A DNA stretch of 63,339 bases, filler included, from Stramenopiles sp. TOSAG23-2 (lineage: Eukaryota): the NCBI GenBank assembly GCA_900128395.1. It is 9 parts of 9 records of this genome, joined end to end, with 100 filler letters (N's around TTAATTAATTAA, not from the genome) between each part and the next. Parts side by side here need not be neighbours in the genome. Positions count along the whole stretch, not along the records: positions 1 to 25,938 come from LT649443.1; 8 more parts are not named here. One strand, 5' to 3'. Positions within the stretch are counted from its first letter, which is position 1; each line of letters starts with the position of its first letter. The notes below the pieces were generated by a model. It was given only the letters and a program-made list of their open reading frames with translations, ran no database searches and was not told the DNA's origin. The translations under genes and the position numbers were made by a program. Shown one piece after another: positions 1-10,844 of the stretch.

Positions 1-594
1 ATACATATGTATATATATATATATATATATATATGTCATATGGATACATACTATCCTAGTAGTATATTCATTCATTCAAGAGATGCTATTGTAAAGGTAT
101 AGTAAAATGCTTACTTTGTCTGTCCACCTTCTTCAACCAACGAAAAAAATAAAAAAAAGATTTTTCTGTGGTGCTGCTGTGCTGGTATTATGTGTTAAAC
201 TTCTTGGTACTGTGTTGTTGTGTGCTACTCGATCCCCTCATCTTCGCCTGCTACAGCCCATAATCAGGAATTCTGAGCGCATAGTTGTGTGCCAGGTGTG
301 CTGGTGTGTTCTGGTGTGCCAGCCAGCTGATAACTGTGGCACTGTGGCCTTATAGCTGCTTAAAGATAGCTGGCTGGCCAGGCTGGCTGGCCCGGCTGGC
401 CTTCCAGCTTTTAGATACATAATAGAAGTTTTACGTATAAAATTAGTACTGTACAGGTATACGAGGAGTGTATCTCTAATGAAAGACCACCTGTAACCTG
501 TAAGATACTTTGGATACATTTTAAAAAGTCGTCACACACACACACATCACACACAATTATTCGTAAAAATATATATATATTATATTATAAAATA

Positions 595-1952
595 TTATTG
601 AGAAATTTTAATAACTAATGGGACTTGCAATTTCTCACTAGTTACATATACTTCTGTGTTGATACCAATACCTAAATCACATAATTTTTGTGTTAAATTT
701 TTTTCAGTAGCTTTTCTTAAACTAATAGGTTTATTCATATATAATGTCGCTCCTGCTGTACGAAAACTGCAATCGCCAAATGAATGTGGTGCCTCTTTTA
801 AAAGAAGCCTTAAATCACCTAATGTAGATGTTGTTGGGTCCAAATGAATATATACAGGTTTTCCAGAACATACAGGACATCCATCACGTTTTTTATATTG
901 TATTAATAATGAATTGACACCAGTAGCTCCCATGTATTGATGCCAACAATTCATAGTTTGTGATGCAAAGGAGACCATTTTAAATGCTTCGTTACAACAA
1001 CATGCAGCAATTAAAGCATTTGTCGATGCAATTGCAGGAATAATACTTTTTACGACACCCATGGTTAACATATAATCAGGTAATGGTGTGATATTATATT
1101 CTCTCGCCCGTTCAATAGCATTTTCACATATATAACGCATATGTTCAGGACTATCTTTATCTAACTTTGTCTCGCTGCCAAATAATTTAGCCCATCCTTC
1201 TTTAATTGGAACCGCTGATTTACCACTAACTTGACCATTTATAGCAAACATGACATATGCAATGCAATGTTCAGGTTTACGTGGATTCTCTGCTACGGTA
1301 CATATTTGAAATGCAGTAGTTGGTGTGAACGTATCCATGGAGCATTCGAAACATGAAGTGATTCTTGGTAATATCACACGAGCTTGGCCTTTAAAACCTT
1401 CTGTACCACCATCAATCAATGGTATTATAGTACTTTCATCTGGATCAATATCACCATCTTCATCATATTTCACAAAACTACATAATAATGAATTCATCCA
1501 ACGCCTCGCATCAATATTATCTAAACCAGCAACAATGCATTGGAAAGCTTTATACCACTCTTCATCTTTTTCTTGTATGCGACACGTATGCGCTACGACT
1601 TTACATGAAGGTACACGATTCATGATAAAATTTGCTGCTACTTTTGATTTATAATCACCAACATCTTTTTGCCTAAATAAAAATTGTCGATTTAAATTTG
1701 AAACATCAATTGTATCCATATCAATAACATGTATATTCTTAAAACCACTCATTGATAAATCTTTTAATATTTCACATCCCAATCCACCAGCGCCTATTAC
1801 TAATATTTTCGCTTCATTGACGGCATTGACAACCTCTTGGCCGGGTTCAAATTCACCATTTGGTAAAGACCCTGTTTCGTTACCATATGGTGATTCAGTA
1901 GTAAGAAGTCTTACATGGTCGATAATTGCACTAGTTTTATTATTATTATTAT

Positions 1953-1989
<37 letters not shown>

Positions 1990-2019
1990 CGTTGTTGTAT
2001 TTTCAACTTCCATAGACAT
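595..2019 (-). CDS. UBA3: NEDD8-activating enzyme E1 catalytic subunit
   Basis: ThiF/E1 motifs ILVIGAGGLGCEILK, DMDTIDVSNLNRQFLFR and DGGTEGFKGQARVI; catalytic-Cys region ICTVAENPRKPEHCI; IIPAIASTNA; C-terminal CPVC and E2-binding domain; poly-T/N N-terminus. Confidence 0.95.
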
Positions 2020-2196
2020 TGTTGTTGTTTTTTTTTAATGTTTATCCTTGTAATGTGATGTAGATAGTCTTTCTTGTTTAAAAAAAAAAAGTAGCATTTA
2101 GTTTGATTACGTTTGTCCTGTATATCTAATACATGTATATATATTCAATATATATTTATACCATCATCATCTTCTTTTTATTATTCAATATTTTTT

Positions 2197-2229
<33 letters not shown>

Positions 2230-2653
2230 CTTTTTATTATTCAATATTTTTTTTTTTTTTTTTTTTTTTTTTATATTTTTTCATCATCTCAATGTGCACC
2301 ACGGTTTATACGTACCATTTAAATCCCTTAAATACAGAAATCAATATCGGGATGCTTGATGTTGTACCACCTTAACCTGGCTGGGCTGGGCTTGTGCTGG
2401 GCTTCTATTGCTGGGCTTTGGAAAGCCTGGAATGGAAAGCCTGGAAAGCCTGGAAAGCCGTTTGCAGCAGAGTTTGTTATTGCACTATTGTTGCTTTTTT
2501 TTTTCATAAATAACACACACATGGTTGCACATCATGTCATCAATAAATATAATATATATAATATGTTTCTTTTATAAGAAAGCATTTACGTATAAACACT
2601 AATACACACAATAAACATTATAGTATAATAGACAACAATCAAAATGAATCATA

Positions 2654-3626
2654 ATGAAATGGAGAACACCTGCGCAGAAATTACGAACATCACCAAATGC
2701 AAAAATAAAATCTCAAGTAGAAGAATTAGAAGATCAACGAATGAAAGAAATTGAAGCTCAAAAAAAAATATCAAATTACAAACAAGCCCAAAGTGAAAGT
2801 GGTAAAACATATAATAGTGTAGCGTCTAGTAGATTTTCCGGTTCAACAAATATCTCGCTTGCAAGTATTGGATCCATGTTAGCCGATCGTTTAAGACACG
2901 TCGGAAACAGAAAAGAAGAATAAAGATGATGATCTAACATCATCAGAGGATAAACTATTATTACAAGATGATCATGAACTATTTTATGATTTTAGAGATG
3001 ATGAAGCAGATTTATTTCGCAGGTTGGAAAGACATTTGCGTATCAGTCATGAAAATAGTAAGAAAAAGAAAAAGAAGCATAAGGATAACAGTTCGATGGA
3101 TGGCTTAAGAAGTGGTGACGATGGGGAATATAATTATTCATCAGATGATGAAAACGAAAGCGAAGATAGACGAAGACAAAGTACGGCAGAATCATCGGGG
3201 ACTAATTTAAACGTAGATTTTAATTATGGCGACATCATCGAGCGAACACCAGAAGAAATATTTGATACCTTCCTAAATTCATATAAAGGATTTGCAAGGT
3301 TTAAAGAGCTGTTAATCCGAGATGGTTTCGATGATATGGAAGCGCTCATTTATGCTAAGAAAAAAGATTTACTTGATATAATGCCTAAAAAAGCAGCAAT
3401 AAGATTTTACAAAGTCTTAAAAAGGGAAAAGCCACATTGGAAAATTGTATATCGTAAGCAACGTGAACAAATTGAAATTGAACGGGCAGAAGAAAGAGAA
3501 CGGGAGGAACGATTAAAAAAAGAAGAAGAAGGTTGGTTTGTTGGTGAATATGGATCGGAGGAGGAGGAAGATTATGATGATGAATTGATGCATGATGGTT
3601 TTCATGATGGGCATGATGATTATTGA
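2654..3626 (+). CDS. Uncharacterised protein with SAM-like domain and acidic tail; two ORFs (2654-2923, and a frame open from about 2895 to 3626) that probably form one gene
   Basis: The second frame is open well upstream of 3024 (TSETEKKNKDDDL...) and overlaps the end of the first ORF with a +1 shift. FARFKELLIRDGFDDMEALIYAKKKDLLDIMPKKAAIRFYKVL resembles a SAM domain. The join could be a 31-nt GT..AG intron (2865-2895) or a frameshift error. Confidence 0.6.
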
Positions 3627-3775
3627 TGTTTAATGAGAAAATGTTTCACGTGTTTAATACGAGTACGATATTCGTAATATTTTACTTCGTATATATTTTT
3701 TTTATATATAAAAAATATTTTTTTTTAGATTTTTTGAAATATATATAAATAATTTTTTCACATATATCATACATA

Positions 3776-6700
3776 TCATATGTCCCTCCGTTTCCCATTG
3801 TAATGATCAATTTCTTCTTGGTATAATCTTGCTGCTTCCTCGCCATATGGCAATAATTCATCAACTCGTAATAAGAAGGATATACGTTCATGTATTGGAA
3901 CATCATATCGATCCCATAATTTTTCAACTCTGATTCTTGTTGCATTATATACATTTAATTGTAAATCATCATTTTTTTTCTTTTCATCTGCTTTTTTTAA
4001 CATTGTATTCAATGATTCTCGTGCACGTTGTTCACGTGTTTGCAATAAAATATGTTCTGCTGTTACCGTTTTTTGTCGTTGTGTATGATGTCGTTTTTGC
4101 ATTTCCAATTTTTGCACTGCATGATCATATTCAGCAGCATATCGGTTTGTTAATACATCATATACAGCATCGTATTTTTTTCTACATTTCAACTCTTCCT
4201 CTTGGATACGTAATTCGCCTTTTTCCTTTACAATTTTTAATTTAGATTTCCATTCATTTTCAATTTCATTGTAGATATCTTGCTTTAATTTATGTAATGC
4301 TTTTTCTTTTTGTTGCTTTGATTGATATTTTCGAAATTGTAACGTTTCTTTTTGTTGAATTAATTCTTGATTTAAACCATTTAATGTAGTTTGATGATTG
4401 GAATCTTGCAGCTTAATTGCCACTTTTAATTGTGAAAAATCTTCTGTTAATTTCTTCAATAAGCTTTCCTCATTATTTTTTTCATTCAATCGTGATGCAT
4501 ATCCTATTTTTAATTCGTTAATAGTTTGATCAAAAAAATGTGATCGACGTGCCATACGTGTTGTCATATCATCCAATTTTACACCTAATATTTTTTCCAG
4601 TTGTTCTTGTATATTGTTTGTTTCAACATTACGTTCTGTAGGTATGAAATTATGTTAGTTATTCATTGAATATCTTTTTATGCTGATGTTAATTAGTTAC
4701 TTTACTTACGTTTGTTTTGGAATGTATTACGTTTTAACAATTGATTTCGTTCAATACGTAATTTTTCAATATTACTAATAATCGATGAAATTGTTAAAAA
4801 TGAAGATGACGATGATGAATGTGGACTTTCCTTACTTTCCAAAATATCATCCAACCAACTCTCTGCATTTTTTAATTTATCTTGCATAAAAGATATATCA
4901 GCTTGCAATTCATCATTACGTTTTTGTAACATTTTACTATCACCATTTACTGCATTATTTAATGCTTGAATATTTTTTGATACGGCATAAATAGATCGAT
5001 CTAATATTTCCAGTTGCAACTCATGCAATCCATTCACCGAAACCAACTCTTCGTATTTCTGTTCATATTCTTCTTTTAATGAACTTAATTCCACATCCAC
5101 TGCTGACTGTAGAACACCAAGTCTTTTTAATGATATTGATGGGGGTGATGGTGTTGTAAAAGCAAGAACATTTATTGTGTTTTTGATATGATTATCAAAA
5201 ACAGATGGTGACGGTGATTGTTGTTGTGGTTGGGTTAGTTGTGAAGCTGATGCTGATGCTGATGATTCTGTTGCTAATGGTAATACTTTTGGAATTGGTG
5301 GTGGTGAAATTTTTGGTTCGACATTAACATCTCTAGTTTTTGTTGTTGCTGGTAATACAAGTGGCATTGGTAGTGGGTTAACAACCGCTTCATTCTTCGT
5401 TTCTACTTCAGCTTGTGGTGCACCTACCATATCAATTACTTTCGATTCTGTAATATTCTTTGTCATTTCAATTAAACGTGTGCTTCGTCTTCTACGCTTT
5501 TCTTTCATCATTGCTGTTCTTTTCTCCATTTTCACTTTCTTTTCCTCTGTTGCTTTAGTTGATGCTTGTAATTCATTCTCATCTTCAGGTGGAGGCGGCG
5601 GCGGTGGTGGTGGCGGTAAAACAGACTTACTTGATATTCTAACTACAGGTTTGTTATCTGAAGGGGGTAATGAAGGTATTGGTGGTCTTGTATAACTCTT
5701 CTTTGCTATTGCTTCTGCTTCCTCTTTGGCTTTTTGCTCTTCAAGTTTCTTTACGGCAGCAGCTATTGCTTCTTCATCATCTTTTGCTTTTTTTGCTTTC
5801 GCTGCTTTTTTTGCTTTTGCTTCTTTGTCTTCTTTTGCTTTTTTTGCTTTTGCTTCTTCATCTTCTTTTGATTTTTTTGCTGCACGTGCTTTTGCTGCAG
5901 CGATTGGTGGTGGTGGTGGTGGTCTGGCTTTTGGCAGACCATTTTTCGTCATTGTTGGCAATCCTGGCGCTTTGTTTTTCATAGCCATCGATGTAGGTGG
6001 AGGCGGAGGCCTAGACTTCGTTTTCTTAATTGCTGCTGCTGTTGCTTTCGGTGCCGGGGGCGGTGGAACTGTGAATATATTATTGTTAATGTATGTTAAT
6101 AAATTTATATATATTTTTATAAAAGGAAAGAAGCGGTAATGAAAAAATATTAATAAATAAAATACATACCTGTTTTACTAATACCAGTTGGTTTTGCCAA
6201 TCCTGGCGCTTGTTTTTTCATAGCCATTGATGTAGGTGGAGGCGGAGGCCTAGACTTCGTTTTCTTAATTGCTTTTTTTGCTTTCGTTGTTTCTTCTTGC
6301 AGTGCATTTGCTTTAGCTTCTTCATCTTTTGCTTTTTCCATGTCAGCTTCCTCTTTAGCTTTTTGCTCTTCAAGTTTCATTGCTGCATCTTTGGCTTTTT
6401 GCTCTTCAAGTTTCTTTACGGCAGCAGCTATTGCTTCTTCATCATCTTTTGCTTGTTTTGCTGTCGCTGCTTTTTTTGCTTTTGCTTCTTTGTCTTCTTT
6501 TGCTTTTTTTGCTTTTGCTTCTTCATCTTCTTTTGATTTTTTTGCTGCACGTGCTTTTGCTGCAGCGATTGGTGGTGGTGGTGGTGGTCTGGCTTTTGGC
6601 AGACCATTTTTCGTCATTGTTGGCAATCCTGGCGCTTTGTTTTTCATAGCCATCGATGTAGGTGGAGGCGGAGGCCTAGACTTCGTTTTCTTAATTGCTG

Positions 6701-6881
6701 CTGCTGTTGCTTTCGGTGGCAGAGGTAGTTTTGGGTGTGGTGGGGGTGGCGATCGTGGTATATTTAATCCAGGTGGTATTGGTGGTTTAGATTTTGATAA
6801 ACCAGGCGGTGGCTTTGGATTTGAAGCCAATGAACCATGTGGTGTTCTGGGTGGCGGCGGGGGAGGATGCTTAGGTGGCAT
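3776..6881 (-). CDS. Proline-rich, coiled-coil protein with a MAP65/Ase1/PRC1-like C-terminal segment; 3 exons (6881-6170, 6068-4710, 4635-3776)
   Basis: Introns 6169-6069 (GTATGT...CACAG) and 4709-4636 (GTAAGT...CTAAC...TACAG) join three ORF-track ORFs in frame (KT-V-PPPPAP; NK-Q-RNVETN). The C-terminus RVEKLWDRYDVPIHERISF...LYQEEIDHY resembles the MAP65/PRC1 spectrin-like repeat. Confidence 0.75.
5724..6718. repeat. Near-identical ~330-bp intragenic duplication (5724-6053 and 6389-6718) plus a partial third copy (~6198-6273)
   Basis: Direct comparison gives an offset of 665 nt. The visible differences are KAAKAKKAK versus KAATAKQAK. Confidence 0.9.
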
Positions 6882-7612
6882 ACTTCTTGTTTAATTACAG
6901 TATATATACATATACAATTATATTCTTGTTTAATTACAGTATATATACATATACATTTATACTTTACGATATATATTTACAACCGATAATATATATTAAT
7001 TTTTTAATTAATAGATTGTTTTTTCGAAGTGCAACAAGTATAATAATAATAATACAGGTAATAATAATAAAAAAAGATAATAATACCAGGTAATAATAAG
7101 AAGAAATACGGAATACGGATCCAGTAAAAGAACCTATTAGTAGCTTAGGAGTATACTCGCTCCGCTCCTCGATCCTGTCACTAATTAAAACGATACACTA
7201 TTGATTTTTAAAAATAGCATGTGTATAGCATTGTATTCGAAGATAATATACACAGCACATAGCATTATATCAATTTATATCCCTATCAGATTTTGTATTA
7301 TTATTTTTTTTTTACGTATAGCTCGAGCGAGTATACACGATTGTGTCAGGTATAGTGCATCAAAAAAGATACAATTCATTTACCAGGTATATAGCAGTAG
7401 CAATGTCATCAATATATTAGAAAAGCAAAACACATTTATTATTACATAATTTATAGCCCCTATCGATGATAGTTGCTTACCTAAAAATCCAAACGAATTT
7501 ATAAATGACTCTACCAATAAATGCAATAAAGATATACATATAGTTTCACAAATTTACATATGCAACCCAACGTAATTATTCAAACTAACTAACTAATTAA
7601 TAATAAGAAACA

Positions 7613-9472
7613 ATGCCTCGAAGATCTACAAGAAAGAAAACAAAAACCGGTGGTGGTATTCCAAAACAATCCTCCTCCTTCTCCTCTTCCTCTTCTACTT
7701 CCAAAACCTCCAAAACCTCAACTACCAAAACAACAAAAAACTCATTTAATAAACGTTTTGTAAGGCGGAAATCACGTAGATTAAATCGTAATTCAACAGT
7801 TGTAGCAGCACCACCACCAATTGATTCAGATTCGTCGTCATCAGATTCGGACTCGTCGTCGTCAGATTCTGATTTTGATGGTGTTATACCAGGAAACCTT
7901 TTCGAAACTGAATTAACAAGAGCACAAAAACAAAAAATCAATGAAAATATATTAAAACAACAAAAGATGATTAAAGCATATGAAGAAAAAGAAAAATCTC
8001 GTACTATTAATGATCTCATCGAGATGATGGAATGTACAAAAGAGGAAGCAGAGACGGCGTTACAACAAACGAAAGGTAACCACGACAAAGCGATTAACAA
8101 GCTAATTATTTTAAAACGCAAACAAGAAAGGGAAACTAGGCGCAAGCAATTAGAAGCGGAAGGCCATATATTTCCAGGACGTAAAAAAAGAAAGCTTAAT
8201 GAAATGGAACAAGAACCTGTATTATTACCTGCAAATGCAATTGTAAATACGGATTCTCCATCATCAACAAGACGGGGAAAGAAAGTAGTGTTAAAACCAC
8301 GTGTTGTCATTCAGCAAGTAAAAACTGTAGAACAAATGAAATCAATTTTGATTAAAAAAAAGAAAAATAGGTCAAGATTGGGACGGGTTACACACAAAGC
8401 TACTAAAAAATGCGAATTAATAAATATTGGTAAAATTGATACTCGAATTCGATTTTCAAATCATGGTTATATTTTTCCTGTTGGTTATAAATCTTACATT
8501 ACATACATATCAAGCAAAAATCCTAATGAACGCTGTAAGCATTTATGTGAGATTGTAGCACCAACAAATTGTGGCGAAAAAGACACAGAAGAATGGAAGA
8601 AGGCACGCCCAATCTTTCGTATAACTGCAGACGATCGTCCTGACGAACCAGTGGAAGGATTTTCAGCCACTGGGCCTTGGAAAAAAATTTTGGTTCGTAT
8701 CAATGTTGGCAGAAAGCGGGAAAAAATGCCAATAAAAAACACAGCAATTGCAGGACCGGAATATTTTGGTTTAAATGCTCCAAACGTAATCCAAGCAATG
8801 GAAGCATTACCAAATGCAGAAAAATGTACTAAATATTGGGCTGGGAAGGAAGTCTTATTGGCACAGAGAGGATTACTTGATGCAGGTGAAGATTATGGAA
8901 GGAAAAAACGTGAGAAGGGTTATACGGTAGAAAGGAAGTCGAGTGATAGTACAAGAAAAAAATCAAAATCGCCAAAAAAAAACAACATTCAGAAAATCAA
9001 ACAGTCGTCTAATAATGATCTAAATGGGGGTCAATCTTCAAATGGTAATATTAGTAGTAGCACATCAGCTCGAAGTAATTCTAGAAGGCGCCGTTCATTA
9101 CAATTTGTACAAGATGTTTTGTATACAACTGAACATGAAGACTATCAAGGATATTGGAGTACAGTTGGAAGAACGGAAAGATTAAAGAATCGACGCAGAA
9201 ATGCAGGTGAAACAATTGATGATTTAAATAAAACTGATGAGAGCAATAATCCTTTATATGGCAAAATTGATAAAATTACGCTGGATCCAATTGAAAATCC
9301 GCACATGTCGCCTGCAGGCCATGTATTAGGGTTGCAAACGTGGCTAATGTGTATTAAGCGAAATAAATTGTGCCCATTCACGAAAAAACGATTGAAGAAA
9401 ACTGATTTAATCAGATTGACAAAAGAGAATTTTGATAATTACCGTTCTAAAATTGTTGGGATGGATTTATAA
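7613..9472 (+). CDS. FYRN/FYRC-domain protein with UBA-like domain and C-terminal U-box/RING-like domain
   Basis: UBA-like INDLIEMMECTKEEAETALQQTKGNHDKAINKL; FYRN IGKIDTRIRFSNHGYIFPVGYKSYITYISSKNPNERCKHLCEI; FYRC PIFRITADDRP...GPEYFGLNAPNVIQAMEALPNAEKCTKY; U-box-like DKITLDPIENPHMSPAGHVLG...CPFTKKRL. Confidence 0.85.
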   Translation: MPRRSTRKKTKTGGGIPKQSSSFSSSSSTSKTSKTSTTKTTKNSFNKRFVRRKSRRLNRNSTVVAAPPPIDSDSSSSDSDSSSSDSDFDGVIPGNLFETELTRAQKQKINENILKQQKMIKAYEEKEKSRTINDLIEMMECTKEEAETALQQTKGNHDKAINKLIILKRKQERETRRKQLEAEGHIFPGRKKRKLNEMEQEPVLLPANAIVNTDSPSSTRRGKKVVLKPRVVIQQVKTVEQMKSILIKKKKNRSRLGRVTHKATKKCELINIGKIDTRIRFSNHGYIFPVGYKSYITYISSKNPNERCKHLCEIVAPTNCGEKDTEEWKKARPIFRITADDRPDEPVEGFSATGPWKKILVRINVGRKREKMPIKNTAIAGPEYFGLNAPNVIQAMEALPNAEKCTKYWAGKEVLLAQRGLLDAGEDYGRKKREKGYTVERKSSDSTRKKSKSPKKNNIQKIKQSSNNDLNGGQSSNGNISSSTSARSNSRRRRSLQFVQDVLYTTEHEDYQGYWSTVGRTERLKNRRRNAGETIDDLNKTDESNNPLYGKIDKITLDPIENPHMSPAGHVLGLQTWLMCIKRNKLCPFTKKRLKKTDLIRLTKENFDNYRSKIVGMDL

Positions 9473-10126
9473 AAAGAGAAGGAGTGAAAGAGAGAGATAA
9501 TTATGTGCACGCGCGATAAATATGTGTGTAGTAAAATATATTATATTTTAAATGATGTAATTAATTGATTGTATTAAAGTATTACGTTACGATCGTATCA
9601 ATATCAGGGAGAGTGCGCGCGCACGTAATTTTATCACACACATCATATATCAAATATTTTGAAGAAATCAATAATCTGAAAGGATATAGATGATTTAAAA
9701 ATAAAATATGCATATAATAATACACCATAGGAATACAGGTAAATATAGTATACGAGAATTAAATAACTCAAAAAAATAGATATATTTTATACATTTTATT
9801 CTTTTAAAAATACATGACATTATAAAAACAAATTCATCTTCTTCCTCTACAAAAATAATATTGTTGTCTACAAATGTAGCAGGATATATTATTACACCCA
9901 CACAAATATATATAATTATATAATGTGTGGTGTGTGTGTGCGTGTGAGAAAGACTTTGCAATCACTTTGGTGTATACAATACAACTTTTTCTATCTTAAG
10001 TCAAATATATATATATATCATAATGTCACGCTTTTAAACAACTATTTGAACTATACGACACTGTACAAACTAAAATATTTTCTTCTTTGAGCTACTTTAC
10101 CACATTATAACAACTAATTTAGAAAT

Positions 10127-10315
10127 TTACTTTTGTTTCTTTTCAAATTTCTTTTGTCCTCTCTTGTTATTTCTTTTTGCAAAACGTTGGTTACGTAAGA
10201 ATTTTGGGTCAACACCTTTTAAGTTCATGTAACGTTGTTTCTTTACTCTTTTAATACCATTACGATGAGCTTTGAATGTTTGATTACGTGCAGTGTGCTT
10301 CTTTTGTTTAACCAT
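10127..10315 (-). CDS. RPL29: 60S ribosomal protein eL29
   Basis: [47 protein letters not shown] matches the eL29 signature. Confidence 0.96.
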   Translation of the reverse strand: MVKQKKHTARNQTFKAHRNGIKRVKKQRYMNLKGVDPKFLRNQRFAKRNNKRGQKKFEKKQK

Positions 10316-10844
10316 GTTGTTTAATTATAATATAATCTGTCAAATTGTTTTAATTGAATATATTCTGTTTCGTATGTATCAGTATTGTTACATCTATCTG
10401 TCTATCTATAGATATATCTATATGTATCTGCAATCTATATATACATATATCGTTTACTAATAATAGTATATATGCTTGCTTCCATTAGCATAAAAATACC
10501 ATTACATCACATCAATACACACTTCGATTTAATCACTGGCCATTAATCACTCAATATAAAATAACATACACACAGCATTAAAAATAGGCGACAGAAAAGA
10601 AAACACACAGAATATGTCGTTGGAACCAAGATACAACATTAATAGGTTTTCATGTTTTCATACAATATTAAGGTTATAATACAGACCAGGACGAACGAAA
10701 AACACTCTTGGTTATATAAAATAATACATACATTTGTACATTTGTAGGTAATCATCAGATAAAAACAAAATTTTACATTTTTTATATTATACAGTATGCA
10801 TATTTAAAAGATACATAAATTATGTACTTCACGGCCACACCCTG

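Noticed and set aside
107-519. Short ORFs 107-355 and 238-519 (also 2328-2577)
   Set aside because: They arise from CWG-rich degenerate intergenic repeats, with no recognisable protein motifs.
10340-10760. Possible intron-encoded snoRNA upstream of RPL29 (AACCAAGA/TCTTGGTT pairing, ACA)
   Set aside because: No convincing H box or C/D pair with terminal stem could be identified by eye.
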